Shown: positions 52,728 to 63,560 of the stretch, piece by piece
Position numbering within the stretch: position 1 is the stretch's first letter
Layout of the letters: the number at the start of each line of letters is the position of its first letter
DNA from: Octopus vulgaris
Taxonomy: Eukaryota
Assembly: GCA_951406725.2 (NCBI GenBank)
Contig: OX597814.1
Location: 216,690,001-216,754,000 of the forward strand
DNA: 64,000 nt
Direction of reading: 5' to 3'
Notes under the pieces: generated by a model
What the model was told of the DNA's origin: nothing
Database searches by the model: none
What the model saw: only the letters and a program-made list of their open reading frames with translations
Made by a program: the position numbers and the translations under genes

Positions 52728-55700
52728 GACAAGCTTCTTTCAGTATCCCTCTACCAAATCCACTCAAAAAGCATTGGTCAGTCCGAAGCTATAGTAGAAG
52801 TCACTCGCCCAAACTGCCACGCAGTGGGACTGAACCCAGAACCATGTGGTTGGTAAGCAAACTTCTTACCAAACATCTACTCCTGCGCCTATTGTTCATA
52901 GATATTGATTTTTGGACTGTATAAATATAGATCTGTTTTCTTCAATTGACAAGCCTCAGAAGGATTTCTCTACTTTTACAAATGATCGTTTATGTGAATG
53001 TTGTAATAATAATATAATGTCTATAGAGCGCAGCTGAAGTTACTGTAAAGGGGAAAAATAGGGGACAGAAAACTGCAATTAGTCAAAGAAAGGCAGCAAT
53101 AGAAGCTAGAAGTAGATGCACGATACATATAATAAAACAACCCGAAAGGAGGGAAACAGTAAAAGAGTTATGTCAAAGAAAGATTACATAGGTGCATCAG
53201 GAAGAGTGTTAGGGAATTTCAGGAAATATGGAAGTTTTGAAGAATGCAGTGTCCTGATAGCTAACAAGAGATATCAGTTTATTTCATGCTTCATGTTTTG
53301 AAGGAGCATATTTGGAGCGAACAATTTATCAAAAACTGGTCGATCAATGATTCCTTTAAATACACCAATGAAATTTTGTCAGGTGTAGCAGATTCAGTGG
53401 GTTTTTCAATGTAGTTTTATATGTATAAGAAGTAACAGGATACCAAGAATAGTTCCATGCAGATCTTCAGAGGTGATTGTATAGGGTGCAGAATGTTATC
53501 TTAGTTCTGTAACAACTTGTCATCTGAGAATGAAGGAACTGACACAGTTATAATATTAGAATTCATGCCCATTGCAGACAGCTTCACCGTATTTCTTTTG
53601 TGTGGTATAGAATTAAAAGTTTGAAGTAGGGATAGATAACATCTGCCCATGAGACCCCATTTTTGATTTAGATGATGTCTTCAAGAGGTTCCATGTGTTG
53701 CCCAAAGTAACTAAATTTAGAGGTAAATACAAATTATGAAAGATGAATCAAGTTTTGAGAGTTTCAAATGTTCCAGGAATTTCTTTCTGACTAAGGACTG
53801 ACTGGATGGTAATTAGTAGTTGATGGTGAGACTGACTGGATGGTAATTAGCATTTGATGAATGGTCACCCCTTTTAAACAGGGGGATTAAAGTAGCAACG
53901 CTCTTCTGATCCAGAGTAACAGTTAGTAAAACTGAATTGGAATAAGCTAAAAAAACCTGGTGTAGTAGAAAGAGGATGCCAATTTGAGATAAATAATACC
54001 ATCAAAACAAGAGGAAACATAATTGCACAAATGCTTTAAGAGTTGTTGCAGGAGTAAATTCAAAAGATGTGATGGAATTTAGTCTCCATTGCAGTGAAGA
54101 TCGTACATTTAGATTTTTTAACTGTAAAAATACCAGCATTGCATTAAGCAGTTGGCTCTTCACAATCTGACTTGGGGATTGACTTTGAAGAGATTGAAGT
54201 CTCCGGTTTTCAATATACGAACTTCCGGAATCTATCCAGGTTTTTCTCTCTGTGTTGGTCCGAATCAAGTGCATCCATTTTAATCACCTTTTTCGTGTGG
54301 TTTGATGCTCTGTTGTATATTTTAAAATTCTCTCTTCTATGTAATCTGTATTCCCATTCAACAGTTTGTTGATCTTTCTTCACAAAGTGGACTGCTGCTA
54401 CGGTCTGTCATATTCCGCTTTTGAGCACTTGAACATATTTATGTGGCACTCCGATGCTTTGCATATGACTCACATCGGATTAAATATTTGCTGTGAGATC
54501 TCTCCAGAATCGTAAACGTGAGGTCAGTCAGAACACTACGACTCAATACAAAAACACTTCTGGTCAGCATTGTTCCAGTAAAAGCAAGCAGTTTGGAAGA
54601 TGATGGTAGTTTTTTTCTTTCTTTCCATTAAAAATATATTGACAAGGTTAGAGAATGATTAGAGCGAGTTAAATATATCTTGGTAGGGTGGCTGATAATT
54701 TCAGAAGTAGTGGTCAATAGCAGATCCAAAGTTTTATTATCTCTTGTGGGAGAGATGACTACATGGGACTAGTTTGAATCCAACACAAAACGAAAGAAGT
54801 TGTATTTAGGGGTCAGTGAAAGGCATCCTAGTCAATCCTTCAGTAATTGAAGCCACATGTATGAAAAGATTGGAGACTGTTATCATGAATGCATTTCTGA
54901 GGATGTGGAAAAAGTGTTTGTGTTAGTTGTAGTTTGGAAGATGAGGAAGAGCTACAAGCAGAGGTGTTAATGTGCTTATATGTTGCAAAAAGTATATATT
55001 GGGACGGTTCTAATCTTGAACAGACATAGACCATCACACCAACCCCGAAGCAATTTGATGTCTTTGTGTAATAAAATACAGCTTGCCATACTAAATCACC
55101 ATTGCACAGTAAGGAATAGGTTTAACTGTAATCAAAGAATCAAAATGGTGGATCTTGTTACATAAAATATGGGCATTTAAAAAGTAATTATTTGTATCCA
55201 GATTTAAGCCTGTCATGATTCATAGTGAAGGATATATTGTTTTGTTTAGTTTCTTGGGCGTTTTCCATTTGGTGTTGAGTCATGAGACAAAGGAATTATA
55301 AAACATAACTTCAGGTGCCTATTGGGTGTTAAAACAAGATGGGTTCGAGAAGCAATTTGATTTTCACACTTAACGCTATCAGAGTCTAAACAGTATGCAC
55401 ATGCCTCAGTAAAAGGCTTAACCTAACAAGTCTGGGCTTTGATGCAATCAACACACGTAGCTGATATTTTTATTGAGAAACACATTTGAAGTGGACAAGT
55501 CAAAAATGTAGAGCAATGATTTCTTTAGATGAATTCGTGTCTGGTAGATTCAGGGACTTTCCCTATGTCTGTGGATTCAGCTGTAACAAGGGGAAGGTTT
55601 GTATGTAGGGCATTCTGATATGATCCTTCAATGTATGATTCTGTAAGGAGTTTTGCTTTTAATATCCCTTAAATCAAATTTCCTATGTATGGCTATAGAT

Positions 55701-56484
55701 TGAAGACTGTGTTCATGGATGTACTTTTAAGGGTGTGAAAAAAGTGTTTATTTTAATCGTAGCTTGGAGTATGGGGAACAACCCCAAGTAGAAGTGTTAA
55801 TGTGTTTATATGTTGCAAAAATACATCTTGTGACGGTTCAAATCATCGCACGGAATTCCTAAAAAGCTTGATCGGACAGAGACCATCACACCAACCACGT
55901 AGTAATTTCATGTCTCTGTGTAACAAAATGTATCTTGCTATTTATACCACAGCCATGGTGGAAGAAGACGCATGGATCAGGCACTGAAGGGACCAATCAG
56001 GTAGTTGAACTATTTCTCACAGTCTTTCAGTCATAGAATAACACTGTACCTTGTAATGGCCTGAGATCAATCTGAAGTTTGTGGTGCAGTGATGGCAGAT
56101 GGAAACATGACATTTACTGCATTCAACTCATCACTTTTGAAAATAATTCCCTAGTTATGTACACACTTATCGTATATACATCTAAAGTCATTACTCTAAT
56201 TTAGAACAATGACTTGTTTTGTTGTATAGATCAGCCATACATGAAACTATAGCAATTGTGTCCTATCTGTCCATCCATAAAATTCAAAGTCAAATGTCTA
56301 AGTATAGACGACCTCTTAAACAGATTAGATACAATCAAGTGTTATATGTATGTATATATGTATGTATGTATGTACGTATGTACGTATGTATGTTTGTATG
56401 TATGTATGTACTTATGTATGTATGTATGTATGCATGCATGTATGTATATATATATATACAAACACACATATATATATACATATG

Positions 56485-56564
<80 letters not shown>

Positions 56565-56576
56565 TATATTTATATA

Positions 56577-56608
<32 letters not shown>

Positions 56609-56885
56609 AAATATTAGGGAATAAATCCAAATTTACAGGGAAAAATCAGATTTAGGATTGAATCCAATTTTATAGTAAAATATTATATTATATTAAATTA
56701 GAGACAAAACCACTATTATGCAAATCAAACAAAGAAAGACTTAAGCCAATACATAAAATAATTTATATAAATTAAAAATTTATATAAATTTAATTGTTAA
56801 ATTTTAATTTATATAAATTATTTTATGTATTGGCTTAAGTCTTTCTTTGTTTGATTTGCATAATAGTGGTTTTGTCTCTAATTTA

Positions 56886-56916
<31 letters not shown>

Positions 56917-57611
56917 GTATAAGGGTGAAAAGGAACACACGAGTTGATCTTCCTCTTCTTCTTCATCATCATCATTATCATCATCATCGGCGTCATCATC
57001 ATCACCACCATCATCACCACCATCTTCTCCTTCTCCTCCTTCTTCTTCTTCTTCTTCTTCATCATCATCATTATCATCATCATCGTCGTCATAATCATCA
57101 CCACCATCACCATCATCGTCATCTTCTCCTTCCCCTTCTTCTTCTTCTTCTTCTTCTTCTTCTTCTTCTTCTCCACCCCCTACCCCTTAAGTTTGTCACT
57201 AATGTTTTTTAGTATAACACCTACGCTAATTCTATAAACAAGCCTGTCAATATAAATATTCTCCTGAATTGAACTGAGACTGCCAGCCGCCACTGACCAT
57301 TCAAAATACGACCATCAGGGCACTCCCAGATTCTCCCACCCCCTTTCCTCACCAGCCTTCCCTCTACTACCCTACCAAGAACTCACAACTACCTCGAACA
57401 CACAAGTGCAAACAAGGGAGTCAGAGAAAGGCAGAATGCCTCTTAAATCTGAACACTACTATAGAAATATTCTTTTAAAAAAACTTTTCTTCTAATTTTT
57501 CTAAATTTAATTATTTAATCGTTACAGTTGAAAAGGTCTCAAAATGACCGAAACCGGTACTGAAATGTTCACTATAAAATTATTTTAGCATTTTCTATTT
57601 TTTACTTGTTT

Positions 57612-57668
<57 letters not shown>

Positions 57669-58076
57669 TATATACATACATACATACATATATATGTATG
57701 ACTGACCAGTCCGTCGGGCATCCATTTGACAACGCTGGTCACAGCACGCTGTCCACTCCTCTCTGGATCGCGCCTCATCCACGTGATCTCAATCGTCCTC
57801 CTGAAATCGTAACTCCACCGTCGTGGAGGCCTTCCGGGTGGTCGTTTTCGCTCGCGCGAGTACTACTCGACAACTACGCGGGTCCACCGATTATCGGTAA
57901 GCCGGGTGATGTGCCCAGCCCATCTAAACATATATATTATGTATGTATGTATGTATGTATGTATGTATGTATGTATGTGAAGTATATTTCTGGAATATAT
58001 GTTGTTCACTTTGCGTAAATCAGTTTTTGTGATGTATCAATGTCATGACATATACTTATTAATATTTGTGTCCATT

Positions 58077-58170
<94 letters not shown>

Positions 58171-59296
58171 TGCGTGTGTCTGTGTCTGTGTCTGCATTCA
58201 TATACACACAAATTCGCCCATATGTAATTGTTTAATTGTGGTGTCGCATAATATTCTCTATTGTAAATATGCACACAATGTAATATTTGTTATAAATGAA
58301 TGTTATTAATGGGATGTGTTCATGTTTTTGTTCCTCAGATGTGTGTTTTGTGAAGACGAAGTGGCCACAGAGACGTTCTTTCCATGTAAACATCTTTTGC
58401 TCTGTAAGAAATGCTGTCCTCCAAAGGTACCTAAACGATGCCTCAAGTGTGGACAGAAGATAACGAGCAAAAATAGTTTGGGTAAGAATACTGTATGATC
58501 TGTCTGTTTGTCTCATGGGCTTTATGGTGTGGAATATTGTATTTCATGTTGTTGTGTAGATCCAGTTCTGCCTTAATCAAGCACACTTTTGATAAAAGAT
58601 GTTCCAGGTGTCTTTTCACTGTCATATTATGTCTCTCACTACTCCCACTAAACTTTGTTCTTGTCCAATTAGAAGACTTGTCACACTTCAAGATGGTTAC
58701 TTTCTGCAACATAAAAATAATAAAGAATACTGAATTATAAATGGTGACTAAATATCAATAAATCACCAAGGTTCTATCAGTAAATACCGACATTTTGTGT
58801 GTGATTAGAGTGATTAATGATTTATCAATATCTTCGGAAGCTGAAAATTAAAGACAACTGCATTTATATGAATATAAGAGTGAGTCTTTATAAAATAGGA
58901 GACTCAATAAGAAAATCTCAACCGAGGGTTTAGGGACCAACATTAGAGAGGGGACATCAAAAGGGTGGGAAACTTTGATTGATGTATAGATTAGTATTCC
59001 TGAGTATATCAGTTCTTCTGAATCGTTTCAAATATTTCCACAGCAATAACGTGTGGACGACAAGTTTTATGTCGTTAATGAGGTTTTGTGTGAATGTAGT
59101 GTGTTAATTTAGGACACGAGATATCACTTCCTGTTAGACCTGATGTCACTTTCTGTTCGACCTGCTTTATTCAGGAGGATGAATGACATTGAAATATTTT
59201 CAAATATTTCCCCACACCTGATTACTTTCTGGAGAACTGTGATGTGGGTAATTAAGATTAAAAATTACTAGTAGTAACCAATAACAAAGAGACCAG

Positions 59297-59350
<54 letters not shown>

Positions 59351-62300
59351 TGAAGTGGTGTTTCGTGTTTGCGGTTGGATATTCGATGCGCAACTTGGTT
59401 GACATTTGAATTAGGCAGAAGATGAGACGAAAACCATAACGAAACTTTAATGCCTGAAACTTGAACATATTTTTTTCAGAGGCTCCAACGCGTGGGAAGT
59501 TCACGACGGTGTCAGAGCCTACATCCTCTAAATCACAGCCAGTTGGTGAGTATAATATTACAGCATCATATTAAAGCTTCTGGACCGAGGGCTGTAAAAG
59601 TGTAAACGTGTAAAGCTAAGTGAATAAAATAATATTGCAAAATTCCGGTTTTTCTCAGGTACTTCCTCGAATACTTTTCAAATATTTTCACATAATAATG
59701 TGTGAGAGATATCATGCTTTTTCGCCCCCTGTGCAGAATCTAACCATTACCCACATGAACAAATTGCCCTTATGATGGAGAATGTATGACGTTCAAATAT
59801 TTGCAAACATTTCTTGAGTTACATAACATTCCGGTGTACAGTGATGTGACAGTTTGTGTTCCACCTGTGTAGAACTAATCATTTCTCTGCTTTAAAAAAA
59901 AGTTGCTTTAAGAAGGAGTCTTCAAATATTTCCTGAATCAGATGGTGAACCATGATGTTAGTTAAAGATTACCAGCAGCAACGTTAGCAAATGCATGTCT
60001 ATTCTACTTGGTGTGAGGTGTCATGTGTTTGTGGCTGCATGTTTGATGGCAAACTGGTTTAATATTGGAATTAAGCAAATGAGAAGAGTGTTGGTTAGTG
60101 AAGTCTAGACGCGAGAGGCCAATGCCATGTCATAGATTTCGCACAGATGTAATGGAAGAAATACAAAACTAAAAAATTACTGTGATAATTAAATGAGACA
60201 ATAGTAACATTATTACACTATTTAAGAAACCGTAATAGAGATAGGAAATTTAGAAAGGTTAGTGTATTTTGATGTGGGCCTAAGTATTGAGCTATTATAT
60301 GAGGCCTCCGTGGAAAGTATAATGCTGACCGAAACCATAGCGGTCACCAGTTGACCAATTATGATAGGAATTTCTCACAATAATAAATATAGATTATTAA
60401 TAAAGAAAATTAACTTTAAGTATCTAATTTCGGAATATTTATTTCAGAGTCTCCAGTGTTAGATGAAAAGTTTCTCCAAGATGTCGCACAAAATTTAGGA
60501 GGAAAATGGCAACAAGTCGGTGAGTATAAAATAACAGCACCTAATTGATTTATATAAGTTTCAGACGGAAAAAAAGATCCCATTCCTTCTATCCAATTGA
60601 AAGGTTAGCTGTAAAGTGACTATGTTAAAGATATTGATATTACTGGAACTTCAGAAAATATCCACCGAGGTCAGCAGTGTTGATAATAATAGATAGAGGA
60701 CATATTTGAGAGTACAGGACAGCATCATTAAATGGTCCTTTCTCACAGCTTTCTGTGTATATTGTGTGACATGTAGCCTCTCCACTGTCCAGTGTCCATC
60801 TAGTAGTGTACCAGGCATCACCCACATATAGTGGCTTATTGTATGTAGGTGAATAACGTAGAGGTTGGTGAGTCCTGCCTTCTTTCCTACTAACTAAAAC
60901 TCTTCTCATTTCTAGCTTTATCCATTATTGATTTCTCTCTAAATCATGGCATTGACACCGTGAAAGAAATGCGGATCATTTCTTTTTTTTTTTTTGCTTT
61001 AACTTTTGAAATTTGAAAATCAAGGGAAAACTATTGAAATATTGTTTCATACTGAACCTGATCTTATTCACTTGTTCCAGAAAAAATTCTTAAAATGTTA
61101 GCAGATTAAATTTTGATCATTTTTACCCAATGAGAAAATAGGATTTGGAAGCAAGCATTTTGAGCGGAAGTTTTAATAAGTTTTAATCAATTAACTTATG
61201 TGAAATATCATAACAGGCATGCGAAAAATGACAAAAACGAGAAAAAAACCATATAAACTAAATGGGAATGTTGAATTACGAAAAAATAACGAAAGTTTGC
61301 GATGCAGTTTAGGAGTTTGTAAAAGAAAATTCTGATTTAAGCACCCCATTTGAACGTATATAGTTTTTTTTTTATTTTTTGGAGTTTTGAGAAAATGTTT
61401 GCAAATTTGAGTCGTACTTACGGGAATTCCTATGATTAAGCAAACTTATTTCAAAGCATTTATTAATCCCTTACCTTCATACATCCTAAAATTTATACTC
61501 TTTTTCAATTTTTTGTTTTTCAAATCAGAGTTTGAAATACAGAGTTTGTCCGAATTGTTTGCCTAAATCCCAGAAACCGACCACCCTTGACTGCATGATC
61601 ATTCCATTTAATGAGTTTATAGGAGGAAAAATATTGAAAAACATCAATACATGTCATAGTAGCAAGGAAACGAGGAGGATGTCAGGTGGTCAGGAGATGT
61701 ACTAAAAACAACAGCTAAATCGCCATTAACTCACACAGATTTTTACTTCATAATTTTATAATTCCCATATGTAGAACACAAATTTGTAATAAGTTTCTGA
61801 AAATCCCCAAAAATACAGAAAGTTATTTGGGATTATGTGGGGATAATAAAACCAGAATTCCTGCCAATTTTCGTAATCCCTGTGCCAAATAAACTCGCAG
61901 AAACACGAGTCAACCATAGAAGGGAAGGTTTCAGAGTGACAACAACAGACGTGTAAAAGCAAGAATACAAGGTAACAGACGAGTAAGGAGGCTACACAAC
62001 ACCTTAGCTTGATACCATGGAAACGGGTGCCAATACATTTGTGGATTTCGAGTGACTAAAGTACAATACAAAATTTGTAGATTTAAAAGCTGTTAAGTTT
62101 TTATTTATTAAATTATGGGGAAAGTGATTTCCATTTCCATAATTAGCATACAACTCTACATCAATACATGAAATTTGAAATCAATCGGAAAAAAATTGAA
62201 GGAATTGAAAAGTGAAAGCCAAACAGATGGACAAAATATAATACGTTGAGATCATTCTTGTATCTTGTCTATTTGTATTTTAATTGGTCCAGGTGTACCT

Positions 62301-63294
62301 AGTATTTTCTGAGAGTTCAATCCAGAAAATCAATCAAGATATTTCTAAATCGTGATATGCTTTAGTCATTGATCATAGGATGTTATCAAACAGTCAGAAT
62401 GAGATTCCATTTATGGGTCTTTACTCAATTACTCAATAGAATGTATAGTTCAGAAATATGGGAGTCTCTTCGTGTTCACATCTCTGGTACTACGGACATA
62501 TGATCGGAATGTCGCAGGAACAAATTAAAGGACCGATTCTCAAAACAAAACCAATGGAGTAGAAGAACTAGGGGTAGACCAAAAACGAAATGTTTAGATC
62601 ATATTCATAGTCTTAGTTGTTTACGCTAAGGAAACCAACCAAAACGTCTAACGATGGTTGCATCTGATGGGGCACTATAGAGGAGGCCTCTACCCCAAAA
62701 CCCTCCCAGGAATATTGAGCAGTGGAAATGGACAGATAGATTAAATGGTTTGACTGTTGGTCGTCTATGTTGATTTTCTAGGTTCTCATATACTTTTGCC
62801 CCCACAAACACTTCTCCTGCCATCTCTTTACCATATTCTCAGATGTAATTTACAATTAATTCTCTTTAAAATCTTCACAATTTTCATCCTATACTTCAAC
62901 CTCTTTGTTATTATTTAATCAGCGTTCTTAGAAATAGAGAACGATGTCTTATATATTTTATGTTTCTTAACTACTACTCATTCCTCTATGGACATAATGC
63001 CTTTGTTGGGTTTATGACAAACTACAGTAAACATCTTTTATAATATTGTTAATGTTGTTGCAGTTATTTCTAACTGTTGTATGTTTTGCAGGAAGAGAAT
63101 TAGGAATTAAAACTGTTCGATTGGAAATCATCAAAAATGACAATCCCCTTGACACCGTTGAACAGAGCTTCCAGATGCTGTGGAGATGGTTTACACATTG
63201 TGATACAGAGACACGAACACACAGAACACTCAGAAAAGCTCTTGAGAAATGTAAGTGTTTCGATGCACTCGAATGTCTACCTCAGACGATGTAA
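34738..63294 (+). CDS. Spliced gene (11 coding exons, ~485 aa): Mind-bomb-like ankyrin repeats + RING-HC + death domain; putative E3 ubiquitin ligase/adaptor
   Basis: Exons 34738-34821, 40884-41041, 41818-41971, 44350-44504, 45437-45473, 49294-49503, 51165-51340, 58339-58481, 59480-59545, 60448-60519 and 63092-63294 have AG/GT boundaries and matching phases (0,2,0,2,0,0,2,1,1,1). They sum to 1458 nt with no internal stop. About 9 ankyrin repeats ([62 protein letters not shown]). An AG acceptor at 34731-34732 implies at least one further upstream exon that I did not locate. Confidence 0.9.
34988..35206 (+). mobile_element. SINE family B copy (intron 1)
   Basis: GGCAGCGAGTTGGCAGAATCGTTAGCACGCC head and GGCCTTGTGCC tail. 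Confidence 0.85.
36630..38200 (+). mobile_element. Decayed Hero/R2-group non-LTR retrotransposon 3' half
   Basis: [22 protein letters not shown], a CCHC remnant (CRLC...LAHILEGC) and restriction-like endonuclease [10 protein letters not shown]...IIIE...EAHERK; many stops and frameshifts. Confidence 0.85.
38565..40840. repeat. ~2.3-kb polypurine (GA-rich) low-complexity tract
   Basis: Almost only A/G on +, with internal re-duplicated blocks; source of the 744-aa F/L/S pseudo-ORF. Confidence 0.95.
40884..41041 (+). CDS. Coding exon 2, ankyrin repeats
   Basis: ttacag acceptor; [52 protein letters not shown]; GTAAGT donor, phase 2. Confidence 0.92.
41140..41745. repeat. Degenerate (GAT)n tract filling intron 2
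   Basis: Direct inspection. Confidence 0.95.
41818..41971 (+). CDS. Coding exon 3, ankyrin repeats
   Basis: ctctcag acceptor; [51 protein letters not shown]; GTTAGT donor. Confidence 0.92.
43160..43425 (+). mobile_element. Helitron PIF1-helicase C-terminal remnant
   Basis: QGQTL...VGL...[15 protein letters not shown]...TANIVY correspond to the Helitron helicase motifs QGQTL / PVFSHGQLYVA.SR / T.NIVY. Confidence 0.7.
43800..44005 (+). mobile_element. SINE family A 3' half
   Basis: CAACCGATGCTGGTGTGTTTACGTCCCC...GCAGCATGGCCACAGTC. Confidence 0.8.
44350..44504 (+). CDS. Coding exon 4, ankyrin repeats
   Basis: tttttcag acceptor; [51 protein letters not shown]; GTAAGT donor, phase 2 (this frame is absent from the ORF track). 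Confidence 0.93.
45437..45473 (+). CDS. Coding exon 5, 37-nt micro-exon completing an ankyrin repeat
   Basis: tttcag acceptor; (G)[12 protein letters not shown]; GTTAGT donor; supplies the missing second helix and converts phase 2 to phase 0. Confidence 0.85.
46290..46780. mobile_element. Foldback/MITE-like element with subterminal inverted repeats
   Basis: CCCCAAAACCTGTTGGCCTAAGAACTCTTCAAAATATGGA (~46367) versus TCCATATTTGGAAGAGGTCTTAGGCCAACAGGTTTTGGGG (~46657); weaker outer symmetry. Confidence 0.6.
47037..48227 (+). mobile_element. Tandem pair of ~540-bp non-autonomous RTE-derived retroposons
   Basis: 47037-47574 and 47689-48227 are essentially identical; 3' tail shared with the RTE fragment at 26837; no coding capacity. 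Confidence 0.8.
49294..49503 (+). CDS. Coding exon 6, ankyrin repeats
   Basis: aaag acceptor after pyrimidine tract; [70 protein letters not shown]; GTAAGT donor. Confidence 0.9.
51165..51340 (+). CDS. Coding exon 7, last ankyrin repeats (Mind-bomb-like)
   Basis: tttgtag acceptor; [58 protein letters not shown] resembles the end of the MIB1 ankyrin region as I recall it ([31 protein letters not shown]); GTAAGT donor, phase 2. Confidence 0.9.
51896..52306 (+). mobile_element. SINE family A, full-length copy (intron 7)
   Basis: GGCGCAGGAGTGGCTGTGTGGTAAG...GGTTCAGTCCC tRNA-like head and (GTAAAAGA)n tail. Confidence 0.9.
52465..52889 (-). mobile_element. SINE family A copy, inverted relative to 51896-52306
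   Basis: Reverse-complement match over nearly the full length. Confidence 0.88.
52940..56100 (-). mobile_element. Probable old LINE remnant
   Basis: Coding-like composition without a long ORF; internal duplication 54860-55100 / 55690-55945; family not resolved. Confidence 0.35.
56684..56895. repeat. Perfect palindrome, 94-bp arms with a 24-nt spacer
   Basis: 56684-56777 is the reverse complement of 56802-56895. Confidence 0.92.
56950..57615 (+). mobile_element. Penelope pseudo-LTR copy with (CAT)/(CTT) microsatellite
   Basis: Reverse-complement homologue of 32720-33355. Confidence 0.8.
57522..57565 (+). ncRNA. Minimal type I hammerhead ribozyme motif, U3-A8 variant
   Basis: CAG-TTGAAAA-GGTC-TCAAAAT-GACC-GAAA-CCGG-TA-CTG: stem I, core, stem II, GAAA, palindromic stem III, GUA cleavage triplet. 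Confidence 0.72.
57700..57927 (-). mobile_element. RTE-clade LINE 3' fragment
   Basis: Minus strand [37 protein letters not shown]. Confidence 0.8.
58339..58481 (+). CDS. Coding exon 8, C3HC4 RING finger
   Basis: [41 protein letters not shown] fits C-x2-C-x11-C-x-H-x3-C-x2-C-x8-C-x2-C (MIB/IAP-type spacing); cctcag acceptor, GTAAGA donor. Confidence 0.92.
59480..59545 (+). CDS. Coding exon 9, S/T-rich linker (diverged copy of exon 10), symmetric phase 1-1
   Basis: ttttttcag acceptor, GTGAGT donor, 66 nt open ([22 protein letters not shown]); skippable without frameshift. Confidence 0.65.
60448..60519 (+). CDS. Coding exon 10, death domain N-terminal helices
   Basis: tttcag acceptor; [24 protein letters not shown] matches the death-domain L..VA..LG..W..(L/V)G pattern; GTGAGT donor. 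Confidence 0.88.
63092..63294 (+). CDS. Coding exon 11, remainder of death domain and stop
   Basis: ttttgcag acceptor; [33 protein letters not shown]...LRKALEKC..., TAA at 63292-63294; typical death-domain motifs (LG....I...NP....EQ..QML..W). Confidence 0.9.
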
Positions 63295-63554
63295 AATTTT
63301 GTGTAAATGATGTAATTGTCTAATCCGAGGTCAATCGTGACCAAACCGAGACCTATAATCAAATGTCTTCTAGCCAGAGCCCTCCTGGCTTTATCCTTAA
63401 TGTAGAGAGCCCAGAATCACGTGTCCTATCTGTCCTTCTTTAAAGTGATAATTGTGAATTGGGGAGGATTTAGGTACTAATTCTAGCAGATCTATCTACC
63501 ACATAACATAAACTTACTGGTTTGGCTCCTTTCTTCTTAAAGATTAACTTCTGA

Positions 63555-63560
63555 AATAAA
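63555..63560 (+). promoter_or_regulatory. Candidate polyadenylation signal
   Basis: AATAAA ~260 nt after the stop, followed by a GT-rich (TTG)n tract. Confidence 0.4.

Noticed and set aside
34738-63294. Calling the gene MIB1 or MIB2
   Set aside because: No MIB-HERC2, ZZ or REP exons were found, there is only one RING, and it has a death domain; orthology cannot be claimed.
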